From NCBI GenBank assembly GCA_032718475.1, contig JAUCBJ010003662.1, positions 33,802-97,801 of the forward strand: DNA of 64,000 nt, in the 5' to 3' direction. Position 1 is the stretch's first letter, and each line of letters starts with the position of its first letter. The notes beneath the pieces were generated by a model, which was not told the DNA's origin, searched no databases, and saw only the letters and a list, made by a program, of their open reading frames with translations. Below, piece after piece: positions 27,001-42,000 of this stretch. The DNA comes from Nemertoderma westbladi (Eukaryota > Animalia > Xenacoelomorpha). Both the position numbers and the translations under genes were made by a program.

Positions 27001-30000
27001 TTCAGTTGTATTACGTGGTTCTGTTGTTTGTTTGCTCACCTGTTCAGTTGTATTACGTGGTTCTGTTGTTTGTTTGCTCACCTGTTCAGTTTTATTACGT
27101 GGTTCTGTTGTTTGTTTGCTCACCTGTTCAGTTGTATTACGTGGTTCTGTTGTTTGTTTGCTCACCTGTTCAGTTGTATTACGTGGTTCTGCTGATTGTT
27201 TGCTCACCTGTTCAGTTGTATTACGTGGTTCTGTTGTTTGTTTGCTCACCTGTTCAGTTGTATTACGTGGTTCTGTTGTTTGTTTGCTCACCTGTTCAGT
27301 TTTATTACGTGGTTCTGTTGTTTGTTTGCTCACCTGTTCAGTTTTATTACGTGGTTCTGTTGTTTGTTTGCTCACCTGTTCAGTTGTATTACGTGGTTCT
27401 GCTGATTGTTTGCTCACCTGTTCAGTTGTATTACGTGGTTCTGTTGTTTGTTTGCTCACCAGTTCAGTTGTATTACGTGGTTCTGTTGTTTGTTTGCTCA
27501 CCTGTTCAGTTTTATTACGTGGTTCTGTTGTTTGTTTGCTCACCTGTTCAGTTGTATTACGTGGTTCTGTTGTTTGTTTGCTCACCTGTTCAGTTGTATT
27601 ACGTGGTTCTGTTGTTTGTTTGCGCACCTGTTCAGTTGTATTACGTGGTTCTGTTGTTTGTTTGCTCACCTGTTCAGTTTTATTACGTGGTTCTGTTGTT
27701 TGTTTGCTCATCTGTTCAGTTTTATTACGTGGTTCTGTTGTTTGTTTGCTCACCTGTTCAGTTTTATTACGTGGTTCTGTTGTTTGTTTGCTCACCTGTT
27801 CAGTTGTATTACGTGGTTCTGATGTTTGTTTACTCACCTGTTTAGTTTTTGTTTGCTCACCTGTTCAGTTTTATTACGTGGTTCTGTTGTTTGTTTACTC
27901 ACCTGTTTAGTTTTTGTTTGCTCACCTGTTCAGTTGTATTACGTGGTTCTGTTGTTTGTTTGCTCACCTGTTCAGTTTTATTACGTGGTTCTGTTGTTTG
28001 TTTGCTCACCTGTTCAGTTTTATTACGTGGTTCTGTTGTTTGTTTGCTCACCTGTTCAGTTGTAATACGTGGTTCTGTTGTTTGTTTGCTCACCTGTTCA
28101 GTTGTATTACGTGGTTCTGTTGTTTGTTTGCTCACCTGTTCAGGTTTTTTTTACGTGGTTCTGTTGTTTGTTTGCTCACCTGTTCAGTTGTATTACGTGG
28201 TTCTGTTGTTTGTTTGCTCACCTGTTCAGTTTTATTACGTGGTTCTGTTGTTTGTTTGCTCACCTGTTCAGTTGTAATACGTGGTTCTGTTGTTTGTTTG
28301 CTCACCTGTTCAGTTGTATTACGTGGTTCTGTTGTTTGTTTGCTCACCTGTTCAGGTTTTTTTTTACGTGGTTCTGTTGTTTGTTTGCTCACCTGTTCAG
28401 TTGTATTACGTGGTTCTGTTGTTTGTTTGCTCACCTGTTTAGTTTTTGTTTGCTCACCTGTTTAGTTTTTGTTTGCTCACCTGTTCAGTTTTATTACGTG
28501 GTTCTGTTGTTTGTTTGCTCACCTGTTTAGTTTTTGTTTGCTCACCTGTTTAGTTTTTGTTTGCTCACCTGTTCAGTTTTATTACGTGGTTCTGTTGTTT
28601 GTTTGCTCACCTGTTCAGTTGTATTACGTGGTTCTGTTGTTTAGTTTGCTCACCTGTTCAGTTGTATTACGTGGTTCTGTTGTTTGTTTGCTCACCTGTT
28701 CAGTTTTATTACGTGGTTCTGTTGTTTGTTTGCTCACCTGTTCAGTTGTATTACGTGGTTCTGTTGTTTGTTTGCTCACCTGTTCAGTTGTATTACGTGG
28801 TTCTGCTGATTGTTTGCTCACCTGTTCAGTTGTATTACGTGGTTCTGTTGTTTGTTTGCTCACCTGTTCAGTTGTATTACGTGGTTCTGTTGTTTGTTTG
28901 CTCACCTGTTCAGTTGTATTACGTGGTTCTGTTGTTTGTTTGCTCACCTGTTCAGTTGTATTACGTGGTTCTGTTGTTTGTTTGCTCACCTGTTCAGTTT
29001 TATTACGTGGTTCTGTTGTTTGTTTGCTCACCTGTTCAGTTGTATTACGTGGTTCTGTTGTTTGTTTGCTCACCTGTTCAGTTGTATTACGTGGTTCTGC
29101 TGATTGTTTGCTCACCTGTTCAGTTGTATTACGTGGTTCTGTTGTTTGTTTGCTCACCTGTTCAGTTGTATTACGTGGTTCTGTTGTTTGTTTGCTCACC
29201 TGTTCAGTTTTATTACGTGGTTCTGTTGTTTGTTTGCTCACCTGTTCAGTTTTATTACGTGGTTCTGTTGTTTGTTTGCTCACCTGTTCAGTTGTATTAC
29301 GTGGTTCTGCTGATTGTTTGCTCACCTGTTCAGTTGTATTACGTGGTTCTGTTGTTTGTTTGCTCACCAGTTCAGTTGTATTACGTGGTTCTGTTGTTGT
29401 TTGCTCATCTGTTCAGTTTTATTACGTGGTTCTGTTGTTTGTTTGCTCACCTGTTCAGTTGTATTACGTGGTTCTGTTGTTTGTTTGCTCACCTGTTCAG
29501 TTGTATTACGTGGTTCTGTTGTTTGTTTGCTCACCTGTTCAGTTTTATTACGTGGTTCTGTTGTTTGTTTACTCACCTGTTCAGTTGTATTACGTGGTTC
29601 TGTTGTTTGTTTGCTCACCTGTTCAGTTGTATTACGTGGTTCTGTTGTTTGTTTGCTCACCTGTTCAGTTGTATTACGTGGTTCTGTTGTTTGTTTGCTC
29701 ACCTGTTCAGTTTTATTACGTGGTTCTGTTGTTTGTTTGCTCACCTGTTCAGTTGTATTACGTGGTTCTGTTGTTTGTTTGCTCACCTGTTTAGTTTTTG
29801 TTTGCTCACCTGTTCAGTTTTATTACGTGGTTCTGTTGTTTGTTTACTCACCTCTTTACTTTTTGTTTGCTCACCTGTTCAGTTGTATTACGTGGTTCTG
29901 TTGTTTGTTTGCTCACCTGTTCAGTTTTATTACGTGGTTCTGTTGTTTGTTTGCTCACCTGTTCAGTTTTATTACGTGGTTCTGTTGTTTGTTTGCTCAC

Positions 30001-33000
30001 CTGTTCAGTTGTATTACGTGGTTCTGTTGTTTGTTTGCTCACCTGTTCAGTTTTATTACGTGGTTCTGTTGTTTGTTTGCTCACCTGTTCAGTTGTATTA
30101 CGTGGTTCTGTTGTTTGTTTGCTCACCTGTTCAGTTGTATTACGTGGTTCTGTTGTTTGTTTGCTCACCTGTTCAGTTTTATTACGTGGTTCGGTTGTTT
30201 GTTTGCTCACCTGTTCAGTTTTATTACGTGGTTCTGTTGTTTGTTTGCTCACCTGTTCAGTTGTATTACGTGGTTCTGTTGTTTGTTTGCTCACCTGTTC
30301 AGTTGTATTACGTGGTTCTGTTGTTTGTTTGCTCACCTGTTCAGTTGTATTACGTGGTTCTGTTGTTTGTTTGCTCACCTGTTCAGTTTTATTACGTGGT
30401 TCTGTTGTTTGTTTGCTCACCTGTTCAGTTATATTACGTGGTTCTGTTGTTTGTTTGCTCACCTGTTCAGTTATATTACGTGGTTCTGTTGTTTGTTTGC
30501 TCACCTGTTCAGTTGTATTACGTGGTTCTGCTGATTGTTTGCTCACCTGTTCAGTTGTATTACGTGGTTCTGTTGTTTGTTTGCTCACCTGTTCAGTTGT
30601 ATTACGTGGTTCTGTTGTTTGTTTGCTCACCTGTTCAGTTTTATTACGTGGTTCTGTTGTTTGTTTGCTCACCTGTTCAGTTTTATTACGTGGTTCTGTT
30701 GTTTGTTTGCTCACCTGTTCAGTTGTATTACGTGGTTCTGCTGATTGTTTGCTCACCTGTTCAGTTGTATTACGTGGTTCTGTTGTTTGTTTGCTCACCA
30801 GTTCAGTTGTATTACGTGGTTCTGTTGTTTGTTTGCTCACCTGTTCAGTTTTATTACGTGGTTCTGTTGTTTGTTTGCTCACCTGTTCAGTTGTATTACG
30901 TGGTTCTGTTGTTTGTTTGCTCACCTGTTCAGTTGTATTACGTGGTTCTGTTGTTTGTTTGCTCACCTGTTCAGTTTTATTACGTGGTTCTGTTGTTTGT
31001 TTACTCACCTGTTCAGTTGTATTACGTGGTTCTGTTGTTTGTTTGCTCACCTGTTCAGTTGTATTACGTGGTTCTGTTGTTTGTTTGCTCACCTGTTCAG
31101 TTGTATTACGTGGTTCTGTTGTTTGTTTGCTCACCTGTTCAGTTTTATTACGTGGTTCTGTTGTTTGTTTGCTCACCTGTTCAGTTGTATTACGTGGTTC
31201 TGTTGTTTGTTTGCTCACCTGTTTAGTTTTTGTTTGCTCACCTGTTCAGTTGTATTACGTGGTTCTGTTGTTTGTTTGCTCACCAGTTCAGTTGTATTAC
31301 GTGGTTCTGTTGTTTGTTTGCTCACCTGTTCAGTTTTATTACGTGGTTCTGTTGTTTGTTTGCTCACCTGTTCAGTTGTATTACGTGGTTCTGTTGTTTG
31401 TTTGCTCACCTGTTCAGTTGTATTACGTGGTTCTGTTGTTTGTTTGCTCACCTGTTCAGTTGTATTACGTGGTTCTGTTGTTTGTTTGCTCACCTGTTCA
31501 GTTTTATTACGTGGTTCTGTTGTTTGTTTACTCACCTGTTCAGTTGTATTACGTGGTTCTGTTGTTTGTTTGCTCACCTGTTCAGTTGTATTACGTGGTT
31601 CTGTTGTTTGTTTGCTCACCTGTTCAGTTGTATTACGTGGTTCTGTTGTTTGTTTGCTCACCTGTTCAGTTTTATTACGTGGTTCTGTTGTTTGTTTGCT
31701 CACCTGTTCAGTTGTATTACGTGGTTCTGTTGTTTGTTTGCTCACCTGTTTAGTTTTTGTTTGCTCACCTGTTCAGTTTTATTACGTGGTTCTGTTGTTT
31801 GTTTACTCACCTCTTTACTTTTTGTTTGCTCACCTGTTCAGTTGTATTACGTGGTTCTGTTGTTTGTTTGCTCACCTGTTCAGTTTTATTACGTGGTTCT
31901 GTTGTTTGTTTGCTCACCTGTTCAGTTTTATTACGTGGTTCTGTTGTTTGTTTGCTCACCTGTTCAGTTGTATTACGTGGTTCTGTTGTTTGTTTGCTCA
32001 CCTGTTCAGTTTTATTACGTGGTTCTGTTGTTTGTTTGCTCACCTGTTCAGTTGTATTACGTGGTTCTGTTGTTTGTTTGCTCACCTGTTCAGTTGTATT
32101 ACGTGGTTCTGTTGTTTGTTTGCTCACCTGTTCAGTTTTATTACGTGGTTCGGTTGTTTGTTTGCTCACCTGTTCAGTTTTATTACGTGGTTCTGTTGTT
32201 TGTTTGCTCACCTGTTCAGTTGTATTACGTGGTTCTGTTGTTTGTTTGCTCACCTGTTCAGTTGTATTACGTGGTTCTGTTGTTTGTTTGCTCACCTGTT
32301 CAGTTGTATTACGTGGTTCTGTTGTTTGTTTGCTCACCTGTTCAGTTTTATTACGTGGTTCTGTTGTTTGTTTGCTCACCTGTTCAGTTATATTACGTGG
32401 TTCTGTTGTTTGTTTGCTCACCTGTTCAGTTATATTACGTGGTTCTGTTGTTTGTTTGCTCACCTGTTCAGTTGTATTACGTGGTTCTGCTGATTGTTTG
32501 CTCACCTGTTCAGTTGTATTACGTGGTTCTGTTGTTTGTTTGCTCACCTGTTCAGTTGTATTACGTGGTTCTGTTGTTTGTTTGCTCACCTGTTCAGTTT
32601 TATTACGTGGTTCTGTTGTTTGTTTGCTCACCTGTTCAGTTTTATTACGTGGTTCTGTTGTTTGTTTGCTCACCTGTTCAGTTGTATTACGTGGTTCTGC
32701 TGATTGTTTGCTCACCTGTTCAGTTGTATTACGTGGTTCTGTTGTTTGTTTGCTCACCAGTTCAGTTGTATTACGTGGTTCTGTTGTTTGTTTGCTCACC
32801 TGTTCAGTTTTATTACGTGGTTCTGTTGTTTGTTTGCTCACCTGTTCAGTTGTATTACGTGGTTCTGTTGTTTGTTTGCTCACCTGTTCAGTTGTATTAC
32901 GTGGTTCTGTTGTTTGTTTGCTCACCTGTTCAGTTTTATTACGTGGTTCTGTTGTTTGTTTACTCACCTGTTCAGTTGTATTACGTGGTTCTGTTGTTTG

Positions 33001-36000
33001 TTTGCTCACCTGTTCAGTTGTATTACGTGGTTCTGTTGTTTGTTTGCTCACCTGTTCAGTTGTATTACGTGGTTCTGTTGTTTGTTTGCTCACCTGTTCA
33101 GTTTTATTACGTGGTTCTGTTGTTTGTTTGCTCACCTGTTCAGTTGTATTACGTGGTTCTGTTGTTTGTTTGCTCACCTGTTTAGTTTTTGTTTGCTCAC
33201 CTGTTCAGTTTTATTACGTGGTTCTGTTGTTTGTTTACTCACCTCTTTACTTTTTGTTTGCTCACCTGTTCAGTTGTATTACGTGGTTCTGTTGTTTGTT
33301 TGCTCACCTGTTCAGTTTTATTACGTGGTTCTGTTGTTTGTTTGCTCACCTGTTCAGTTTTATTACGTGGTTCTGTTGTTTGTTTGCTCACCTGTTCAGT
33401 TGTATTACGTGGTTCTGTTGTTTGTTTGCTCACCTGTTCAGTTTTATTACGTGGTTCTGTTGTTTGTTTGCTCACCTGTTCAGTTGTATTACGTGGTTCT
33501 GTTGTTTGTTTGCTCACCTGTTCAGTTGTATTACGTGGTTCTGTTGTTTGTTTGCTCACCTGTTCAGTTTTATTACGTGGTTCGGTTGTTTGTTTGCTCA
33601 CCTGTTCAGTTTTATTACGTGGTTCTGTTGTTTGTTTGCTCACCTGTTCAGTTGTATTACGTGGTTCTGTTGTTTGTTTGCTCACCTGTTCAGTTGTATT
33701 ACGTGGTTCTGTTGTTTGTTTGCTCACCTGTTCAGTTGTATTACGTGGTTCTGTTGTTTGTTTGCTCACCTGTTCAGTTTTATTACGTGGTTCTGTTGTT
33801 TGTTTGCTCACCTGTTCAGTTATATTACGTGGTTCTGTTGTTTGTTTGCTCACCTGTTCAGTTATATTACGTGGTTCTGTTGTTTGTTTGCTCACCTGTT
33901 CAGTTTTATTACGTGGTTCTGTTGTTTGTTTGCTCACCTGTTCAGTTGTATTACGTGGTTCTGTTGTTTGTTTGCTCACCTGTTCAGGTTTTTTTTTACG
34001 TGGTTCTGTTGTTTGTTTGCTCACCTGTTCAGTTGTATTACGTGGTTCTGTTGTTTGTTTGCTCACCTGTTCAGTTTTATTACGTGGTTCTGTTGTTTGT
34101 TTGCTCACCTGTTCAGTTGTAATACGTGGTTCTGTTGTTTGTTTGCTCACCTGTTCAGTTGTATTACGTGGTTCTGTTGTTTGTTTGCTCACCTGTTCAG
34201 GTTTTTTTTACGTGGTTCTGTTGTTTGTTTGCTCACCTGTTCAGTTGTATTACGTGGTTCTGTTGTTTGTTTGCTCACCTGTTTAGTTTTTGTTTGCTCA
34301 CCTGTTTAGTTTTTGTTTGCTCACCTGTTCAGTTTTATTACGTGGTTCTGTTGTTTGTTTGCTCACCTGTTTAGTTTTTGTTTGCTCACCTGTTTAGTTT
34401 TTGTTTGCTCACCTGTTCAGTTTTATTACGTGGTTCTGTTGTTTGTTTGCTCACCTGTTCAGTTGTATTACGTGGTTCTGTTGTTTGTTTGCTCACCTGT
34501 TCAGTTGTATTACGTGGTTCTGTTGTTTGTTTGCTCACCTGTTCAGTTTTATTACGTGGTTCTGTTGTTTGTTTGCTCACCTGTTCAGTTTTATTACGTG
34601 GTTCTGTTGTTTGTTTGCTCACCTGTTCAGTTGTATTACGTGGTTCTGTTGTTTGTTTGCTCACCTGTTCAGTTGTATTACGTGGTTCTGCTGATTGTTT
34701 GCTCACCTGTTCAGTTGTATTACGTGGTTCTGTTGTTTGTTTGCTCACCTGTCCAGTTGTATTACGTGGTTCTGTTGTTTGTTTGCTCACCTGTTCAGTT
34801 GTATTACGTGGTTCTGTTGTTTGTTTGCTCACCTGTTCAGTTGTATTACGTGGTTCTGTTGTTTGTTTGCTCACCTGTTCAGTTGTATTACGTGGTTCTG
34901 TTGTTTGTTTGCTCACCTGTTCAGTTGTATTACGTGGTTCTGTTGTTTGTTTGCTCACCTGTTCAGTTGTATTACGTGGTTCTGCTGATTGTTTGCTCAC
35001 CTGTTCAGTTGTATTACGTGGTTCTGTTGTTTGTTTGCTCACCTGTTCAGTTGTATTACGTGGTTCTGTTGTTTGTTTGCTCACCTGTTCAGTTTTATTA
35101 CGTGGTTCTGTTGTTTGTTTGCTCACCTGTTCAGTTTTATTACGTGGTTCTGTTGTTTGTTTGCTCACCTGTTCAGTTGTATTACGTGGTTCTGCTGATT
35201 GTTTGCTCACCTGTTCAGTTGTATTACGTGGTTCTGTTGTTTGTTTGCTCACCAGTTCAGTTGTATTACGTGGTTCTGTTGTTTGTTTGCTCACCTGTTC
35301 AGTTTTATTACGTGGTTCTGTTGTTTGTTTGCTCACCTGTTCAGTTGTATTACGTGGTTCTGTTGTTTGTTTGCTCACCTGTTCAGTTGTATTACGTGGT
35401 TCTGTTGTTTGTTTGCGCACCTGTTCAGTTGTATTACGTGGTTCTGTTGTTTGTTTGCTCACCTGTTCAGTTTTATTACGTGGTTCTAGTGTTTGTTTGC
35501 TCATCTGTTCAGTTTTATTACGTGGTTCTGTTGTTTGTTTGCTCACCTGTTCAGTTTTATTACGTGGTTCTGTTGTTTGTTTGCTCACCTGTTCAGTTGT
35601 ATTACGTGGTTCTGATGTTTGTTTACTCACCTGTTTAGTTTTTGTTTGCTCACCTGTTCAGTTTTATTACGTGGTTCTGTTGTTTGTTTACTCACCTGTT
35701 TAGTTTTTGTTTGCTCACCTGTTCAGTTGTATTACGTGGTTCTGTTGTTTGTTTGCTCACCTGTTCAGTTTTATTACGTGGTTCTGTTGTTTGTTTGCTC
35801 ACCTGTTCAGTTTTATTACGTGGTTCTGTTGTTTGTTTGCTCACCTGTTCAGTTGTAATACGTGGTTCTGTTGTTTGTTTGCTCACCTGTTCAGTTGTAT
35901 TACGTGGTTCTGTTGTTTGTTTGCTCACCTGTTCAGGTTTTTTTTACGTGGTTCTGTTGTTTGTTTGCTCACCTGTTCAGTTGTATTACGTGGTTCTGTT

Positions 36001-39000
36001 GTTTGTTTGCTCACCTGTTCAGTTTTATTACGTGGTTCTGTTGTTTGTTTGCTCACCTGTTCAGTTGTAATACGTGGTTCTGTTGTTTGTTTGCTCACCT
36101 GTTCAGTTGTATTACGTGGTTCTGTTGTTTGTTTGCTCACCTGTTCAGGTTTTTTTTACGTGGTTCTGTTGTTTGTTTGCTCACCTGTTCAGTTGTATTA
36201 CGTGGTTCTGTTGTTTGTTTGCTCACCTGTTTAGTTTTTGTTTGCTCACCTGTTTAGTTTTTGTTTGCTCACCTGTTCAGTTTTATTACGTGGTTCTGTT
36301 GTTTGTTTGCTCACCTGTTTAGTTTTTGTTTGCTCACCTGTTTAGTTTTTGTTTGCTCACCTGTTCAGTTTTATTACGTGGTTCTGTTGTTTGTTTGCTC
36401 ACCTGTTCAGTTGTATTACGTGGTTCTGTTGTTTAGTTTGCTCACCTGTTCAGTTGTATTACGTGGTTCTGTTGTTTGTTTGCTCACCTGTTCAGTTTTA
36501 TTACGTGGTTCTGTTGTTTGTTTGCTCACCTGTTCAGTTGTATTACGTGGTTCTGTTGTTTGTTTGCTCACCTGTTCAGTTGTATTACGTGGTTCTGCTG
36601 ATTGTTTGCTCACCTGTTCAGTTGTATTACGTGGTTCTGTTGTTTGTTTGCTCACCTGTTCAGTTGTATTACGTGGTTCTGTTGTTTGTTTGCTCACCTG
36701 TTCAGTTGTATTACGTGGTTCTGTTGTTTGTTTGCTCACCTGTTCAGTTGTATTACGTGGTTCTGTTGTTTGTTTGCTCACCTGTTCAGTTTTATTACGT
36801 GGTTCTGTTGTTTGTTTGCTCACCTGTTCAGTTGTATTACGTGGTTCTGTTGTTTGTTTGCTCACCTGTTCAGTTGTATTACGTGGTTCTGCTGATTGTT
36901 TGCTCACCTGTTCAGTTGTATTACGTGGTTCTGTTGTTTGTTTGCTCACCTGTTCAGTTGTATTACGTGGTTCTGTTGTTTGTTTGCTCACCTGTTCAGT
37001 TTTATTACGTGGTTCTGTTGTTTGTTTGCTCACCTGTTCAGTTTTATTACGTGGTTCTGTTGTTTGTTTGCTCACCTGTTCAGTTGTATTACGTGGTTCT
37101 GCTGATTGTTTGCTCACCTGTTCAGTTGTATTACGTGGTTCTGTTGTTTGTTTGCTCACCAGTTCAGTTGTATTACGTGGTTCTGTTGTTTGTTTGCTCA
37201 CCTGTTCAGTTTTATTACGTGGTTCTGTTGTTTGTTTGCTCACCTGTTCAGTTGTATTACGTGGTTCTGTTGTTTGTTTGCTCACCTGTTCAGTTGTATT
37301 ACGTGGTTCTGTTGTTTGTTTGCTCACCTGTTCAGTTTTATTACGTGGTTCTGTTGTTTGTTTACTCACCTGTTCAGTTGTATTACGTGGTTCTGTTGTT
37401 TGTTTGCTCACCTGTTCAGTTGTATTACGTGGTTCTGTTGTTTGTTTGCTCACCTGTTCAGTTGTATTACGTGGTTCTGTTGTTTGTTTGCTCACCTGTT
37501 CAGTTTTATTACGTGGTTCTGTTGTTTGTTTGCTCACCTGTTCAGTTGTATTACGTGGTTCTGTTGTTTGTTTGCTCACCTGTTTAGTTTTTGTTTGCTC
37601 ACCTGTTCAGTTTTATTACGTGGTTCTGTTGTTTGTTTACTCACCTCTTTACTTTTTGTTTGCTCACCTGTTCAGTTGTATTACGTGGTTCTGTTGTTTG
37701 TTTGCTCACCTGTTCAGTTTTATTACGTGGTTCTGTTGTTTGTTTGCTCACCTGTTCAGTTTTATTACGTGGTTCTGTTGTTTGTTTGCTCACCTGTTCA
37801 GTTGTATTACGTGGTTCTGTTGTTTGTTTGCTCACCTGTTCAGTTTTATTACGTGGTTCTGTTGTTTGTTTGCTCACCTGTTCAGTTGTATTACGTGGTT
37901 CTGTTGTTTGTTTGCTCACCTGTTCAGTTGTATTACGTGGTTCTGTTGTTTGTTTGCTCACCTGTTCAGTTTTATTACGTGGTTCGGTTGTTTGTTTGCT
38001 CACCTGTTCAGTTTTATTACGTGGTTCTGTTGTTTGTTTGCTCACCTGTTCAGTTGTATTACGTGGTTCTGTTGTTTGTTTGCTCACCTGTTCAGTTGTA
38101 TTACGTGGTTCTGTTGTTTGTTTGCTCACCTGTTCAGTTGTATTACGTGGTTCTGTTGTTTGTTTGCTCACCTGTTCAGTTTTATTACGTGGTTCTGTTG
38201 TTTGTTTGCTCACCTGTTCAGTTATATTACGTGGTTCTGTTGTTTGTTTGCTCACCTGTTCAGTTATATTACGTGGTTCTGTTGTTTGTTTGCTCACCTG
38301 TTCAGTTGTATTACGTGGTTCTGCTGATTGTTTGCTCACCTGTTCAGTTGTATTACGTGGTTCTGTTGTTTGTTTGCTCACCTGTTCAGTTGTATTACGT
38401 GGTTCTGTTGTTTGTTTGCTCACCTGTTCAGTTTTATTACGTGGTTCTGTTGTTTGTTTGCTCACCTGTTCAGTTTTATTACGTGGTTCTGTTGTTTGTT
38501 TGCTCACCTGTTCAGTTGTATTACGTGGTTCTGCTGATTGTTTGCTCACCTGTTCAGTTGTATTACGTGGTTCTGTTGTTTGTTTGCTCACCAGTTCAGT
38601 TGTATTACGTGGTTCTGTTGTTTGTTTGCTCACCTGTTCAGTTTTATTACGTGGTTCTGTTGTTTGTTTGCTCACCTGTTCAGTTGTATTACGTGGTTCT
38701 GTTGTTTGTTTGCTCACCTGTTCAGTTGTATTACGTGGTTCTGTTGTTTGTTTGCTCACCTGTTCAGTTTTATTACGTGGTTCTGTTGTTTGTTTACTCA
38801 CCTGTTCAGTTGTATTACGTGGTTCTGTTGTTTGTTTGCTCACCTGTTCAGTTGTATTACGTGGTTCTGTTGTTTGTTTGCTCACCTGTTCAGTTGTATT
38901 ACGTGGTTCTGTTGTTTGTTTGCTCACCTGTTCAGTTTTATTACGTGGTTCTGTTGTTTGTTTGCTCACCTGTTCAGTTGTATTACGTGGTTCTGTTGTT

Positions 39001-42000
39001 TGTTTGCTCACCTGTTTAGTTTTTGTTTGCTCACCTGTTCAGTTTTATTACGTGGTTCTGTTGTTTGTTTACTCACCTCTTTACTTTTTGTTTGCTCACC
39101 TGTTCAGTTGTATTACGTGGTTCTGTTGTTTGTTTGCTCACCTGTTCAGTTTTATTACGTGGTTCTGTTGTTTGTTTGCTCACCTGTTCAGTTTTATTAC
39201 GTGGTTCTGTTGTTTGTTTGCTCACCTGTTCAGTTGTATTACGTGGTTCTGTTGTTTGTTTGCTCACCTGTTCAGTTTTATTACGTGGTTCTGTTGTTTG
39301 TTTGCTCACCTGTTCAGTTGTATTACGTGGTTCTGTTGTTTGTTTGCTCACCTGTTCAGTTGTATTACGTGGTTCTGTTGTTTGTTTGCTCACCTGTTCA
39401 GTTTTATTACGTGGTTCGGTTGTTTGTTTGCTCACCTGTTCAGTTTTATTACGTGGTTCTGTTGTTTGTTTGCTCACCTGTTCAGTTGTATTACGTGGTT
39501 CTGTTGTTTGTTTGCTCACCTGTTCAGTTGTATTACGTGGTTCTGTTGTTTGTTTGCTCACCTGTTCAGTTGTATTACGTGGTTCTGTTGTTTGTTTGCT
39601 CACCTGTTCAGTTTTATTACGTGGTTCTGTTGTTTGTTTGCTCACCTGTTCAGTTATATTACGTGGTTCTGTTGTTTGTTTGCTCACCTGTTCAGTTATA
39701 TTACGTGGTTCTGTTGTTTGTTTGCTCACCTGTTCAGTTTTATTACGTGGTTCTGTTGTTTGTTTGCTCACCTGTTCAGTTGTATTACGTGGTTCTGTTG
39801 TTTGTTTGCTCACCTGTTCCGTTATATTACGTGGTTCTGTTGTTTGTTTGCTCACCTGTTCAGTTGTATTACGTGGTTCTGTTGTTTGTTTGCTCACCTG
39901 TTCAGTTTTATTACGTGGTTCTGTTGTTTGTTTGCTCACCTGTTCAGTTGTATTACGTGGTTCTGTTGTTTGTTTGCTCACCTGTTCAGTTTCATTACGT
40001 GGTTCTCTTGCTTGTTTGCTCACCTGTTCAGTTTTATAACGTGGTTCTGTTGTTTGTTTGCTCACCTGTTCAGTTTATTACGTGGTTCTGTTGTTTGTTT
40101 GCTCACCTGTTCAGTTTTATTACGTGGTTCTGTTGTTTGTTTGCTCACCTGTTCAGTTGTATTACGTGGTTCTGTTGTTTGTTTGCTCACCTGTTCAGTT
40201 GTATTACGTGGTTCTGTTGTTTGTTTGCTCACCTGTTCAGTTTTATTACGTGGTTCTGTTGTTTGTTTGCTCACCTGTTCAGTTTTATTACGTGGTTCTG
40301 TTGTTTGTTTGCTCACCTGTTCAGTTGTATTACGTGGTTCTGTTGTTTGTTTGCTCACCTGTTCAGTTATATTACGTGGTTCTGTTGTTTGTTTGCTCAC
40401 CTGTTCAGTTTTATTACGTGGTTCTGTTGTTTGTTTGCTCACCTGTTCAGTTGTATTACGTGGTTCTGTTGTTTGTTTGCTCACCTGTTCAGTTTTATTA
40501 CGTGGTTCTCTTGCTTGTTTGCTCACCTGTTCAGTTTTATTACGTGGTTCTGTTGTTTGTTTGCTCACCTGTTCAGTTGTATTACGTGGTTCTGTTGTTT
40601 GTTTGCTCACCTGTTCAGTTTTATTACGTGGTTCTGTTGTTTGTTTGCTCACCTGTTCAGTTGTATTACGTGGTTCTGTTGTTTGTTTGCTCACCTGTTC
40701 AGTTGTATTACGTGGTTCTGTTGTTTGTTTGCTCACCTGTTCAGTTTTATTACGTGGTTCTGTTGTTTGTTTACTCACCTGTTCAGTTGTATTACGTGGT
40801 TCTGTTGTTTGTTTGCTCACCTGTTCAGTTGTATTACGTGGTTCTGTTGTTTGTTTGCTCACCTGTTCAGTTGTATTACGTGGTTCTGTTGTTTGTTTGC
40901 TCACCTGTTCAGTTTTATTACGTGGTTCTGTTGTTTGTTTGCTCACCTGTTCAGTTGTATTACGTGGTTCTGTTGTTTGTTTGCTCACCTGTTTAGTTTT
41001 TGTTTGCTCACCTGTTCAGTTTTATTACGTGGTTCTGTTGTTTGTTTACTCACCTCTTTAGTTTTTGTTTGCTCACCTGTTCAGTTGTATTACGTGGTTC
41101 TGTTGTTTGTTTGCTCACCTGTTCAGTTTTATTACGTGGTTCTGTTGTTTGTTTGCTCACCTGTTCAGTTTTATTACGTGGTTCTGTTGTTTGTTTGCTC
41201 ACCTGTTCAGTTGTATTACGTGGTTCTGTTGTTTGTTTGCTCACCTGTTCAGTTTTATTACGTGGTTCTGTTGTTTGTTTGCTCACCTGTTCAGTTGTAT
41301 TACGTGGTTCTGTTGTTTGTTTGCTCACCTGTTCAGTTGTATTACGTGGTTCTGTTGTTTGTTTGCTCACCTGTTCAGTTTTATTACGTGGTTCTGTTGT
41401 TTGTTTGCTCACCTGTTCAGTTTTATTACGTGGTTCTGTTGTTTGTTTGCTCACCTGTTCAGTTGTATTACGTGGTTCTGTTGTTTGTTTGCTCACCTGT
41501 TCAGTTGTATTACGTGGTTCTGTTGTTTGTTTGCTCACCTGTTCAGTTGTATTACGTGGTTCTGTTGTTTGTTTGCTCACCTGTTCAGTTTTATTACGTG
41601 GTTCTGTTGTTTGTTTGCTCACCTGTTCAGTTATATTACGTGGTTCTGTTGTTTGTTTGCTCACCTGTTCAGTTATATTACGTGGTTCTGTTGTTTGTTT
41701 GCTCACCTGTTCAGTTTTATTACGTGGTTCTGTTGTTTGTTTGCTCACCTGTTCAGTTGTATTACGTGGTTCTGTTGTTTGTTTGCTCACCTGTTCCGTT
41801 ATATTACGTGGTTCTGTTGTTTGTTTGCTCACCTGTTCAGTTGTATTACGTGGTTCTGTTGTTTGTTTGCTCACCTGTTCAGTTTTATTACGTGGTTCTG
41901 TTGTTTGTTTGCTCACCTGTTCAGTTGTATTACGTGGTTCTGTTGTTTGTTTGCTCACCTGTTCAGTTTTATTACGTGGTTCTCTTGCTTGTTTGCTCAC